From NCBI GenBank assembly GCA_030390025.1, contig CM059432.1:9858001-9922000 (forward strand): a stretch of DNA of 64,000 nucleotides, read 5' to 3'. Below the pieces are notes generated by a model. The model had not been told where the DNA came from. It saw only the letters and a list, made by a program, of their open reading frames with translations, and did no database searches. The translations under genes were made by a program, and so were the position numbers. Source of the stretch: Squalus acanthias. Its lineage: Eukaryota. Below, piece by piece: positions 21,119-33,856 of the stretch (the stretch's first letter is position 1; every line of letters starts with the position of its first letter).

Positions 21119-21571
21119 AAAAGAAAAGAAAGACTTGCATTTACATGACCACAGGATGTCCCAAAGCACCTTACAGCCAATGAAGTATTTTTGAAGTGCA
21201 GTCACTGTTGTAATGTAGGAAACACATTAGCCAATTTGCACAGCGCAAGCTCCCACAAACAGCAACGTGATAATGACCAAATAATCTGTTTTAGTGATGC
21301 TGATTGAGGGATAAATGTTGGCCAGGACACCTTCCATGCTCTGCTTCGAAATAGTGCCACAGGATATTTTACTTCCACCTGAGAAAGCAGACAGGACCTC
21401 ACTTTAACATCTCATCTGAAAGACAGCACCTCTGACAGTGCAGCACTCTCTCAGCACTACACTGGAGTGTCAGATTAGATTCTTGTGCTCAGGTTTCTGG
21501 AGTGGGACTTGAACCCACAACCTTCATGACATCAGAGGCGAGTGGGCTACCCACTGAGCCACAGCTGACAC
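21119..21571 (-). mobile_element. Deu-domain SINE
   Basis: Reverse complement of 15048-15520. Confidence 0.88.
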
Positions 21572-22098
21572 ATTGGCTAATCGATGCAGAGACTGTAGTA
21601 GACCAGTATGGGAAGGGTTATCAGGGCCTTAGCTGGAATCCCGTGGCTGGCTTGATTGATGAGGGAGTCTTCTAGTTTATCACGGCTAGGCTTTGTTTTT
21701 TACAAGTGTAAAGTTTTATTTTTATTTGTCAAATATGATAAAATAATCCTCGCATTGTCTTAAACTGCATGCACTAAACAACAAAACTAACGTCCAAAAG
21801 TAACTAATCATTGTCTAATTACTGTTTTGCAGTTGTGTGTAACGAAATGGTTTAAACAGATGTCTTTTCAGCGAGTGAATGAATAAGGAAGTGGAATCTG
21901 TGGTTAGGAGATGGTAAGAGTGTTGAGATTGGAAAAACAAGTAGGGTTAAGTCTTCGCAATGAAATATTTCATTGCAGGGTGAGACAGGTGGGCCTGGAC
22001 GGTGGCAGGTTCTTAAGAATGACTAGTAATCAGACTTATGGTTAGTAGCTCCACGTGGTTGAGCAATAATTGACTGCAGGAAGACTGTGATGTGTAAA

Positions 22099-22310
22099 AA
22101 GAAAGAAAGAATTGTATTTCTATAGCGCCGTTCATGACCTCAGGACATTCCAAAGCGCTTTACAGCCAATGAGTTACCTTTTGAAGTGTAGTCACTGTTG
22201 TAATGTAGGAAACACGGCAGCCAATTTGTGCACAGCAAGCTCCCACAAACAGCAATGTGATAATGACCAGATAATCTGTTTTTAGTGATGTTGATTGAGG
22301 GATAAATATT
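22099..22310 (-). mobile_element. Deu-domain SINE 3' half
   Basis: Matches the 3' half of 15048-15520. Confidence 0.85.
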
Positions 22311-22377
22311 GCATGTTTGCTGGTTTACAAGAAGTCTATCATAAATTAAGTTTAAATTGATTTTTAAAATACGTATA

Positions 22378-22926
22378 CAAAAGCAAAACACTGCGGATGC
22401 TGTACATCTGAAATAAAAACTGAAAATGCTGGAAATACTCAGCAGGTCAGGCAGCATCTGTGGAGAGAGAAACAGAGTTAACGTTTCAGGTCGATGACCC
22501 TTCGTCAGAACTGGAAAAAGTTGGAGATGTAACAGGTTTTTAAGCAAGTGCAGGGGGGGAGGGGAGGAAAGAACAAAAGGGAAGGTCTGAGATCGGGTGG
22601 AAGGCAGGAGAGATTAAATGACAAAAGGGATGATGGTGCGAGGCTAAAGGGGGTGGTAATGGGACAAGTGAAGAAACAAAAGATGGGTCTAGAGGAGCTG
22701 TAAATGGGAATATCAGGATCATCAGCAATAGCTGCCGTCTGAAAAAATGGGGCCGAGCTTCTGATCTGAAATTTTTGAACTCAGTTTTGAGTCCAGAAGG
22801 CTGTAAAGTGCCTATTAGAAAGATGAGTTTCTGTTACTCAAGCTTACGTTGAGCTTCATTGGAACAGTGTAGGAGGCTGAGGACAGAGAGGTCAGAGTGG
22901 GAGTGGGGCAGGGAATTAAAATGACA
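22378..22926 (-). mobile_element. Penelope-like element 3' region (GIY-YIG C-terminus plus pLTR, family B)
   Basis: Minus strand translates HFNSLPHSHSDLSVLSLLHCSNEAQRKLE*QKLIFLIGTLQPSGLKTEF, typical of the PLE endonuclease end. Confidence 0.85.
22476..22512 (-). ncRNA. Minimal hammerhead ribozyme motif (PLE type)
   Basis: AGUU-CUGACGA-A-GGGUC-AUC-GACCU-GAAA-CGUU-AACU. Confidence 0.7.
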
Positions 22927-23155
22927 AAATAGGTAGTTGTGTCTATATCTACAGGCCTGAGCCCAAATTATATTTTCGGCTCAGTGCATGATTATCTAAC
23001 AATTCATAGCTCTTTGCTCATGAAGGGTCTCACACAGGTCCAGATAAGGCAGGAAATCTTGTCCTCCTGAATGAGCCAACTCGAAGCCTCTGGTCTTGAT
23101 GGCTTGTCTTCTATCCCTGCTAAAGAATATTTTCTTTGCATAAGCTTTCATGGTT

Positions 23156-23727
23156 CATAGAAACATAGAAACATAGAAGATAGGAGCAGGAGTAGGCCAT
23201 TCGGCCCCTCGAGCCTGCTCCGCCATTCGATGAGATCATGGCTGATCATCCAAACTCAGTACCCTGTACCTGCCTTCTCCCCATATCCCTTGATACCTTT
23301 AGCTTTAAGAAATATATCCAACTCATTCTTGAATATATTTAATGACTTGGCCTCAACTACCTTCTGTGGTAGAGAATTTCACAGGTTCACCACTCTCTGG
23401 GTGAAGAAATTCTTCCTCATTTCTGTCCTAAATGGCTTACCCCTTATCCTTAGATTATGACCCCTGGTTCTGGACTCTCTGATCATCTGGAACATTCTTC
23501 CTGCATCTAGTTTGTCCAGACCTGTCAGAATTTTATATGTTTCGATGAGATCCCCTCTCATTCTTCTATACTCCAGCGAGTATAAGCCCAATCGACCCAA
23601 TCTCTCCTCATATGTCATTCCTGCCATCCCAGGTATCAGCCTTGTGAATCTTCGCTGAACTCCTTCCATGGCAAGAACATCCTTCCTCAGATAAGGCGAC
23701 CAAAACTGCACACAGTACTCAAGGTGT
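23156..23727 (-). mobile_element. CR1 3' end
   Basis: ORF 23379..23738 HLEYCVQFWSP...RRMRGDLIETYK; CATAGAAA tail. Confidence 0.93.
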
Positions 23728-23947
23728 ACAATTAGCATTAGTACTTTCCTTGCTCAGTGTTCGGTCTGACTACTGGCTACAGTTTGAGGACAGATTTAAG
23801 ACACCCTCCTACAGTCTTCACTGCCTTCATCTGAGTGTGACGCTCAACGTCCATCCTTCCTTTTAGTGCAAGACCCCAGGGATCTAAGTCTGCAGGCATT
23901 GGAGCCCAGGGATGACTTCTATGGAGTCTTGGCTGCCCATAGTCAAA

Positions 23948-24672
23948 AGAACATAAGAAATAGGAGCAGGAGTAGGCCATATGGCCCCTCGAGCCTGCTC
24001 AGCCATTCAATAAGATCATGGCTGATCTTCTACATCAACTCCACTTTCCAGCATTATCCCCAAATCCCTTGATTCCCTTAATATCCAAAAATGTATTGAT
24101 CTCTGTCTTGAATATACTCAACGACTGAGCATCTACAGCCCTCAGAGAATTCCAAAGATTCACAAACCTCTGAGTGAAGTAATTTCTCCTCATCTCAGTC
24201 CTAAATGGACGGCCCCTTATCCTGAGAATATGGCCCCTAATTCTAGACTCCCCAGCTAAGGGAAACAATCTTTCAACATCTACCCTGTCAAGCCCTCTGA
24301 ATATTTTATGTTTCAATGAGATCACCTCTCATTCTTCTAAACTCCAGAGAATATAGGTCCATTCTACTCAATCTCTCCTCATAGGAGAAACCTCTCATCC
24401 CAGGAATCAATCTGGTGAACCTTCATTGCACCCTTTCTAAGGCGAGTATATCCCTCCTTAGGTAACAGACCGAAACTGTACACAGTACTCCAGGTGTGGT
24501 CTCACCATAGCCCTGAATAATTGCAGCAAGACTTCCTTACTCTTACTCTCCAACCCTCTTGCAATAAAGGCCAACATATTATTTGCGTTCCTAATTGCTT
24601 GCTGTACCTGCATGTTAACTTTCAGTGATTCGTGTACAAGGACCCCCAAATCCCTCTGAATACCAACATTTA
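23948..24672 (-). mobile_element. CR1 3' end, decayed
   Basis: ORFs 24035 and 24458; canonical 3' UTR. Confidence 0.92.
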
Positions 24673-24689
24673 CAAGTCTCACTTCCACC

Positions 24690-25690
24690 AAACTCCTCCA
24701 GCACCCTTGTATGTTGTCTCTCATCCAGTGAAAAACCCTCATTAGAACGAGTTTTCCCCTTCCTCCATAGGTGGTTTCCTCTGGGCTGGACAGGGTGAAT
24801 GACCAAGTGAGTGAGAATGTATCTTGGTGGGACAGAGGTGCAAGACCACTTGCCTCTTTCTTCTTCGTCCTCCTCAGCAGCCGCTTGCGTTCCTTGCTAG
24901 CAGAAAAGTAAATTGAGCGGTGTTATCACGTTATGCGGCTGCCATGGCGGTTCCTCTGTAGCTTTCGAATGTGCCGATCATATTTTGTCCTACTGTGTTT
25001 GTACCTACCCCACCCCACCCCCACCCCCAACCTCCATTGTTCAGGCTAACTGCAGGTGGTCCAGACAAACTCTACAGTTGTCCCTGGGCCTCCTGCGTCT
25101 CTTTGCCCGGCAGGTTCCACTACATGCCTCACCAGCCCCTTCTCCAGAGCGTTTTCTTCATGAGTGGTCAGAGGGGTATTGCTACGGGGACCACCACTCT
25201 ATCATGAAAGGACAGTTTGATGATTTGGGAGGCTTGCTCCTGCAGGGCACACTGTCATGGGAGGTACAGTCATAGGTGGCAAGTGACACAGAATGGGAGA
25301 AGAGGTTCAGAGCTCAGACCTAGAACAGCAGGAGTATAATGAAAGAAGGACTACCACACATATAAAGTGACTGTAAGCAGGGGGTGGAGCAGAGAGCTTA
25401 CCTTGGCCACTCTGGTTAGGTCATTGAACTTCTTCCAAAACTGTAAAGGAGACAAAGACCTGCTACTCACTGCCACAGTCACATCCCACCACAGATTGCA
25501 TAATACATTTGTAGTGGGTTCCCAGCCCCTAACTCCAAACAGCCCTTCCCTCCCGCTCCGTATGTCCACTGGGAGGACATCCAGGTCTGACTCCTTGAAG
25601 ATTGCCGACCGTTCCTTTCATCTGGTTGCCAGCCTTCCCACGCAGGTTGCCTGCCTCCCCTCATGGTGGGCATTTTCCCTTTAAGCAGCA
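24690..25690 (-). mobile_element. Decayed Harbinger Myb/SANT gene fragment
   Basis: QFWKKFNDLTRVAK followed by GTAAG donor near 25401, the same intron position as 16989. Confidence 0.65.
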
Positions 25691-26195
25691 GCAGGTTTGA
25701 TATCCCAGATCTCATCTCTCCCAACTCCCCCCACCCCACCCTATGCCAGCCTTTCAGAGAACCTTGGAAGCTTAACTCAACCATTCAACCTTTTGACATG
25801 TCTGTTATCGTAGACTGTATTTACACAACCGACACACCTCTTCACTTTCTCATTATCCAGTCTGTGTTTTCTTGTCTGTTAGAAAAAGGTAAATCTAATT
25901 GCTAACTTACTGAGAGAAAGGATAAGAGACAGGCACAGGCACAGCTAGAAAGAGGCACAGAGTGTCTTTCCTTTTTCCAATTGGATTTATTAAAAAAAAA
26001 CACAAATTTGTTATATTTTGGTAGCAAACAAAGGCTCCTTGAGGGAAACAGGTCAAAGGGGATGGGGAGCAAGGGGTCAGGACTGGGGTGTAATGACAGG
26101 TGGATGTCCTGCCCTGCCTCACTTTGGGTCCTACCTCGATTAAGTTCTTGAAATTGATCCTCTAGCTTTTCATCAAATAATTTTGAAGAAACAAT

Positions 26196-27983
26196 CATAG
26201 AATCATAGAATGGTTACAGCACAGAAGGAGGCCATTCGGCCCGTCGAGCCCATGCCGGCTCTCTGCAAGAGCACTTCAGCTAGTCCCACTCCCCCACCCT
26301 TTCCCCGTAGCCCTACAATTTTTTTTCCTTCAGGTACTCATCCAATTCCCTTTTGAAAGCCGTGATTGAGTCTGCCTCCACCACCCTTTCAGGCAGTGCA
26401 TTCCAGATCCTAACCACTCGCTGCGTAAAAAGGTTTTTCCTCATGTCGCCTTTGGTTCTTCTGCCAATCACCTTAAATCTGTGTCCTCTGGTTTTCGACC
26501 CTTCTGCCAATGGGAACAGTTTCTCTCTATCTACTATCTAGACTCATGATTTTGAACACCTCTATCAAATCTCCTCTCACTCTTCTCTGCTCTAAGGAGA
26601 ACAATCCCAGCTTCTCCAGTCTATCCACGTAACTGAAGTCCTCATCCCTGGAACCATTCTTGTAAATCTTTTCTGCACCCTCTCTAAGGCCTTCACATCC
26701 TTCCTAAAGTGCGGTGCCCAGAATTGGACACAATACGCCAGTTGAGGCCAAACCAGTGTTTTATAAAGGTTCATCATAACTTCCTTGCTTTTGTACTCTA
26801 TGCCTCTATTTATGAAGTCCAGGATCCCGTAACTGCTTTCTCAACCTGCCCTGCCACCTTCAACGATTTGTGCACATATACCCCTGGGTCTCTCTGTTCA
26901 TGCACCCCCTTTAGGATTGTACCCTTTAGTTTATATTTCCTCTCCTCATTCTTTCTACCAAAATGTATCACTTCGCACTTTTCTGCGTTAAATTTCATCT
27001 GCCACGTGTCCGCCCATTCCATCAGCCTGTCTAAGTCCTCTTGAAGTCTATCACTAGCCTCCTCACTGTTCACTATACTTCCAAGTTTTGTGTCATCTGC
27101 AAATTTTGAAATTGTGCCCAGTACACCCACATCCAAGTCATTAATATATATCAAGAAAAGCAGTGGTCCCAGAACTGACTCCTGGGGAACACCTACCTTC
27201 CAGTCTGAAAAACAACCGTTCACCACTACTCTCTGTTTCCTGTCACTTAGCCAATTTCGTATCCATGCTGCCACTGTCCCTTTTATTCCATGGGCTTCAA
27301 CTTTGCTGGCAAGCCTATTACGTGGCAATTTGTCGAACGCCTTTTGGAAATCCATGTACACTACGTCAACCGCATTACCCTCATCAACCCTCTCTGTTAC
27401 CTCATCAAAAAACTCGATCAAGTTGGCTAAACACGATTTGCCTTTAACAAATCCGTGTTGGCTTTCCTTAATTAATCCACACTTGTCCAAGTGACTGATA
27501 ATTTTTTCCCTGATTATTGTTTCTAAAAGCTTCCCCACTACCAAGGTTAAACTGACTGGCCTATAGTTGCTGGGTTTATCTTTACATCCTTTTTTAAACA
27601 AGGGTGTAAAATTTGCAATTCTCCAGTCCTCTGCCACCACCCCTGTTTCTGAGGAGAATTGGAAGATTATGGCCAGTACCTCCGCGATTTCTTCATTCAC
27701 TTCCCTCAACATCCGAGGATGCATCCCATCTGGTCCTGGTGACTTATCTACTTGAAGTACAGCCAGCCTTTCTAGTACCTCCTGCTTATCAATTTTTATC
27801 CCATCCAGTATCTCCACTACCTCCTCCTTCACTAGGTCTATGGCAGCATCTTCTTCCTTGGTGAAGACAGATGCAAAGTATTCATTTAGTACCTCAGCCA
27901 TACCCTCTGACTCCATGCATAGGTCTCCTTTTTTGGTCCCGAATCAGCCCCACCCCTCCTCTTACTTCCCGTTTATTATTTAT
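26196..27983 (-). mobile_element. CR1 LINE, 5'-truncated
   Basis: ORF 26810..27916 with RT motifs including FADD; CATAGAAT tail. Confidence 0.95.
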
Positions 27984-28297
27984 TGAGCAGAAACTCGTAG
28001 AAGCTGAAGAAATATATTGCAGCAGTTCAGCTATTGAACGTACAGATGCATCCTGGAGAATTAAGTTCGCTGCACATGCTTGGACTGCACACTCCAAACT
28101 CAGTTCACATCATCTAACGCTCTGAGTTAAAGCATCAAGTTCGAGCCCAAGCTTTTAGGAGATGCCTGAAGCCTTCAAATAAAACCGTTAATGAGAGCAT
28201 TAAAAGTCATAAAAGACAAGTCAGTGGATAAAATGAATCATGTTACAATCGCTCTCCTGTAGCATTGCCCACATTAAGTCAGAGAATACAAGGATTT

Positions 28298-28761
28298 ACA
28301 AGACCTGAGAGGTTATCAACATCAGGAAAGACTGAACAGGCTGGGGCTCTTCTCTCCAGGAAAGAGAAGGCTGAGGGGTGACCTGAGAGAGCTCTTTAAC
28401 ATTATGGAAGGGTTTGATAGGGTAGATGTAGAGAAGATGTTCCCACTTGCGGGTGAGACGAGAACTAGGGGCCAGAAATATAAGATAGTGACTAATAAAT
28501 CCAATAGGGAATTCAGGAGAAACTTCTTTACCCAGAGCGTGGTTAGAATGTGGAGCTCACTACCACAGGGAGTGGTTGAGGCGAATAGCATAGATGCATT
28601 TAAGGGGAAGCTGGATAAGTACATGAGGGAGAGAGGAATAGAAGGATATGCTGATGGGGTGAGATGAAGAAGGGTGGGAGGAGGCTGGTGTGGAGCATAA
28701 ATACCACCTTAGACCAGTTGGGCCGAATGGCCTGTTTCTGTGCTGTAGACTTCTATGTAAT
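28298..28761 (+). mobile_element. CR1 3' end
   Basis: ORF 28404..28667 ETRTRGQKYKI...RRNFFTQ; GGGCCGAATGGCCT stem-loop. Confidence 0.9.
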
Positions 28762-29329
28762 ACCATCCCTGTCTTTGTCTCTGCATTGCTGCTTTTCTCT
28801 CTGTGTCTCTGCTGTCTATGCCTCTCTTCCTAATTCTCCACTTTGTTTTTCTCTGTGTCCTCTTCTGCTTCTTTCTCTGACTGTTTTCTCTTCTTTCTCT
28901 CTTTGGGCGCTTGGTGGCGTAGCATGGCAGGGCAGGGCAATGAGCCATGAACTGCTGCAAGCTGCATATAGGATGGAGGGTGCAGGGAAGGCGAGGCCCG
29001 CAGTGATTTCCTTCACCCCCTCACTGCCATCGCATCTCCTGCTGTTCCACCTTCCCACTATCGGTGAATTCACTCCATTGGCTATGCTATTTGGGACATC
29101 CTGAGATTGTGAATGGTGTTATAGGTATGCCAGTGTTTTCTTTCTTTTCTATCCCTTTCCCTTCCTACAATTCCCTCACTCCTCTCCCGAGCTTGGCTCC
29201 TCCCCTTCAAACTACCCACTCAACCATTGCATCCTGCTCTCTCCCCCTTGCTCTGCTTTCACACATTGCACCCTTCATGCCCCATCCACGTTTCACCCCA
29301 TTCACCTGCCGACTCTGTCCTAAGGGAAC

Positions 29330-30070
29330 GGGGGACGATAGCATAGTGGTTATGTTGCTGGACTAGTAATCCAGAGGCCTGGACTAATGATCCAGAGACA
29401 CGAGTTAGAATTCCACCACAGCAGCTGGGGAATTTAAATTCAGTTACTTAAACAAATCTGGACTAAAAAATGCTAGTCTCAGTCAATGGTGACCATGAAA
29501 CTATCGGATTGTCGTAAAAAACCCATCTGGTTCACTAATGTCCTTTAGGGAAGGAAATCTGCCGTCCTTACCCGGTCTGGCCTATACGTGACTCCAGACC
29601 CACAGCAATGTGGTTGACTCTTAACTGCCCTCTGAAATGGCCCTAGCAAGCCACTCAGTTGTACCAAACGGCTACGAAAAAAGACCTTCACTACATGGGA
29701 CTGCAGCGGTTTAAGAAGGTAGCTCACAACCTTCTCAATGGCAAAAATGAGAAGTCGCACAACACCAGGTTATAGTCCAACAGATTTATTTAAAATTACA
29801 AGCTTTCGGAGCTGTCGTTCCTTCGTCAGGTAGGGTAGCTGTGAGAGAATCTCCCAGAATTCACAATATAAACACAGGAAAAATGTATTCAAATCTTTCC
29901 CTACATCAAAGACACACTAAGAGCACAGCCAAGACAATGAGATGTGTCCCAGGGGGTCCAACGTGTCAAAACACCTGCTGGCCGCATATCGGACATTCTC
30001 AATGGCAGTTAGGGATGGGCAATAAATGCTGGCCTTGCCAGAGACGCCCACACCCCCCTGAATGAATAAA
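29330..30070 (+). mobile_element. tRNA-head SINE (probably Meta-domain type) split by a Penelope-like insertion
   Basis: A box TAGCATAGTGG; core CTGGTTCACTAATGTCCTTTAGGGAAGGAAATCTGCC; tail shared with the LINE at 20850-20960. Confidence 0.8.
29744..29995. mobile_element. Penelope-like insertion (family A) with hammerhead motif on the minus strand at 29797-29832
   Basis: TSD TTCTCAATGGCA at 29732-29743 and 29996-30007; UAC-CUGACGA-A-GGAAC-GACA-GCUCC-GAAA-GCUU-GUA. Confidence 0.75.
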
Positions 30071-30769
30071 GGGAAAAAAAAACACAGGCCACCTGCCCAC
30101 ACTGTTTGTAGAGAATGGGGAAAGGTTATAGGCCCCCTCACCCGCAATCAGTTTACAAACTCCTGTCACCCTGCTCCCCCTCCCCTTTGATCTGTTTCCA
30201 AAATGTAACATATTTGTGTGTTTTTTTTAATAAATCAAAGTGGAATAAGGTAAGACACTCTATTCGCCTCTTTCTTTCGAGCTGTGCCTGTGACTGTCTC
30301 TGACCCTTTCTCTCATTAAGTTAGCAATTAGATTTACCTTTTCTAACAGACAAATAAACAAAGATGAGATAATAAGTTAGCTTCAAATTTCAGCTGGTAT
30401 TTTATTTTTTGATAATTGAACTAACGTTACCATGAAGAAAGATACTCTCTCCCTCCACTTAATACACTTTCTAAAGTTTATAGAATGCAAAACAAAAGCG
30501 AAAACAATGATGTAATCAGTACACAGCCATTTTTGCTTATTCTCTTTCACACAAACACACCAACGTGTAAACACACACACGCAGACTTTGGTTTGTTTCT
30601 CAGAAATGCTGAAATTTTGAATTGAAATGTGTCCTCTAGCTATCCTTTAAATAATATTGAAAACCAACTGAGCTGAAACTGCGAGACGCCAAAGAAAAAT
30701 ATTCCAGCAGTGCAGATGTCTAAATGGAAGAGATCAATATATAAAATGCTTCAACCGCTGCGCTGAGAG

Positions 30770-31500
30770 GAGTGGAGTGGAGGCTATGTGCATTGCGAGA
30801 TTGCGATCTGAAGGCAGCGAATGAAGGTAGAGTAAAATCATTGGCAAAAGTGTGGCTAGGGTCGGATAACAAGTGGCGGAGGCCTTGAATGAAGAAGGAA
30901 CAAAGTCAGAGTGAGGCCAGAACCCTGGGGAACGCCAGAGTTAATGGACAATCAGTCGGAGGATGAGACACCAGCTTCAGTGCAGACAGAGTGATGTTAG
31001 AAAGGTGAAAGCGAATGGAGCAAGGGAGGGCGGAACAGGCTGGACGGGCTGAATGGCCTACGCCTGTTCCTACGCTCCTAGGAGGGATTTTCTTTATCAA
31101 GGTCACCCAAGTGAGAGTTTGAGAAGAAGAGCGAGCCAAGAGGATCAGCTTTCTCTGTAGGAGAGTTAACAGCTGTAACACGGAATGGAAAGGTGGCTCG
31201 GCGGGGGGGGGGGATTTGCGAAAAGTTACAACACGGAGCTGTTGTAGGAATCAGAAAAATCTGGAGTGGCATCAAGATAGCTGTTGACATGGCTTTTCAA
31301 TTAAAGTTGTATTAAGCAGCTTTGATCGTAGACTTGGAGGTTACGGCGAGGGGGAAAGGTGGCGAAGGAGACTTCAGACAAGGCAGCAGGTGCAACAAAC
31401 AAGACTTGTTGAGACAGCTGAGAGGCGGGTATAAGTGATCAAAAATGTATTCGTGGTAATGAAAGGGAAGGATGAAGTATGCATCAGTGTACAACTGCAC
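30770..31500 (-). mobile_element. Highly decayed L2-like LINE fragments plus a CR1 tail
   Basis: Resembles antisense L2 RT region; GGGCTGAATGGCCT tail near 31050. Confidence 0.45.
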
Positions 31501-31955
31501 CTGAATTTATTCCTCTGTTTGCACCAGACCAACAGTCCAAACAGAATATAAATTGCAAGAACTGTAACATTTGAAAGGCGGGAGAATTAGCCTCACTCCA
31601 GTCTGACCTTTCCAGCAAGGAACAAGCTGTGCTTTATGCAAATCATCTTGCTACATTAAAGGAAAGAGGAGCCACCCAGGGATTAATCAAGCAGCTTCCT
31701 TCTATCATCAGACGGGGAAGTGCAAAGGAGCTAAACTGGCTACTCTTGGAGCCTGGTTGACTTCTGATGGTAACCATGGCAATGGACTTTGGAAGCGAGA
31801 CACTAGGCAAAGATGCATAGTAATACAATTGCTTCTCTGGCACAAAAAAAAGGTTCAGTGACTGACAGGACAGAAGGACAGTGACCTTCAGCCTCAAGCA
31901 AAGCCGGCATAGACCTATTTGACCCAGAGCTGAGCTCCCGACCCCATATCCTCTT

Positions 31956-32511
31956 ACCTCAAAGCACTGGAGAGGTACCACCAACGCTGCCTCCGCAAGA
32001 TCCTGCAAAATCCATTGGCAGGATAGGTGCACCAACGTCAGTGTTCTTGCTCAGGCCAACATCCCTCCGATGACGGGTCACATTGTCCTCATGCCCGATA
32101 CGAGACTCCCAAAACAAGCGCTCTACTCGGAGCTCCGACACGGCAATAGAGCCCCAGGTGGGCAGAGGAAACGCTTCAAGGACACCCTCAAAGCCTCCTT
32201 GAAAAAGTGTAACATCCCCACCGACACCTTGGAATCCCTGGCCCAAGACCGCACAAAGTGGAGGAGAAGCATCCGGGAAGGCGCCGAACACCTCGAGTCT
32301 CTTCGCCGGGAGCAAGCGGAAGCCAAGCGCAGGCAGCGGAAGGAGCGCACGTCAACCCAAGCACCCCACCCACCTGCCCCATCAACCACCGTCTGCCTCA
32401 CCTGTGACAGAGACTGTAGGTCCCACAATGGACTCATCAGTCACCTGAGAACTCATTTTTAATGTGGAAGCAAGTCATCCTCGGTTCCGAGGGACTGCCT
32501 AAGAAGAAGAA
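31956..32511 (+). mobile_element. RTE-clade LINE 3' end
   Basis: GHIVLMPDTRLPKQALYSEL...RKRFKDTLK...C..C...H...H; (AAG)n tail. Confidence 0.92.
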
Positions 32512-32518
32512 GGAGATA

Positions 32519-33856
32519 TCCTCTCCACCACCAAGATCACCTGCTTCCACCACCGTAACATCGCCCGTCTCTGCCCCCTGCCCCAGCTCATTTGCTGCTG
32601 AAACCCTCATCCATGCCTTTGTCACCTCTGAACCCGACTATTCCAACGCACTCCCAGCCAGCTTCCCATCTTCCACCCTCCGTAAAGTTGAGCTCATCCA
32701 AAACTCTGCTGCCCGCATCGTAACTCGCACCAAGTCCCGTTCGTCCATCACCCCCTGTCCTCGCTGACCTACATTGCCTCCCGGTCCAGCAACGCCTCGA
32801 TTTTAAAATTCTCAGCCTTGTTTTCAAATCCCTCCATGGCCTCGCCCCCTCCCTATCTCTGTAATCTCCTTCAGCCCTGCAACCCTCCAGAAACCTCTCC
32901 ACCTCTCTACCTCTCTCTCCTCCTTCAAGACGCTCCTTAAAACCTACCTTCTTTTTCTTCTTCTTAGGCAGTCCCTCGGAACCGATGATGACTTGCTTCC
33001 ACATTAAAAATGAGTTCTCAGGTGACTGATGAGTCCAATGCGGGACCTACAGTCTCTGTCACAGGTGGGGCAGACGGTGGTTGAAGGGGCGGGTGGGTGG
33101 GGTGCTTGGGTTGACGTGCGCTCCTTCCGCTGTTGTCGCTTGGCTTCCGCTTGCTCCCGGCGAAGAGACTCGAGGTGTTCGGCGCCTTCCCGGATGCTTC
33201 TCCTCCACTTTGTGCGGTCTTGGGCCAGGGATTCCCAGGTGTCGGTGGGATGTTGCACTTTTTCAAGGAGGCTTTGAGGGTGTCCTTGAAGCATTTCCTC
33301 TGCCCACCTGGGGCTCTCTTGCCGCGTCGGAGCTCCGAGTACAGCGCTTGTTTTGGGAGTCTCGTATCGGGCATGCGGACGATGTGACCCGTCCATCGGA
33401 GCTGATCGAGTGTGGTCAAAGCTTCAATGCTGGGGATGTTGGCCTGAGCGAGAACACTGACGTTGGTGCGCCTATCCTGCCAATGGATTTGCAGGATCTT
33501 GTGGAGGCAGCGTTGGTGGGACCTCTCCAGTGCTTTGAGGTGCCTGCTGTACATGGTCCATGTCTCTGAGGGCGGGTATCACTACTGCTCTGTAGACCAT
33601 GAACTGGTGCTGGGTCTGAGGTCCTGGTCTTCAAACACTCTCTTCCTCAGGCGACCGAAGGCTGCACTGGCACACTGAAGGCGGTGTTGGACTTCGTCAT
33701 CGACGTCTGCCCTTAAAACCTTAAAACCTACCTTCACCTCTCCTAATATCTCTTTATGTGACTCAGTGTCAAATTTTGTTCTATCATGCTCCTGTGAAGT
33801 GCCTTGGGATGCTTTTTTACTACGTTAAAGGCGCTATATAAATGCAAGTTGCTGTA
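32519..33856 (+). mobile_element. L2 LINE 3' part, split by an RTE insertion
   Basis: AAETLIHAFVTS..DYSNA...QNSAAR; tail AAGGCGCTATATAAATGCAAG. Confidence 0.88.
32951..33712 (-). mobile_element. RTE-clade LINE 3' end
   Basis: ORFs 33004 and 33018; CCTTAAAACCTACCTT repeated on both sides (TSD). Confidence 0.92.

Noticed and set aside
31575..31760. ATG-less ~60-codon plus-strand open frame (ELASLQSDLSSKEQAVLY...)
   Set aside because: No convincing splice sites or recognisable homology; length is within chance expectation.
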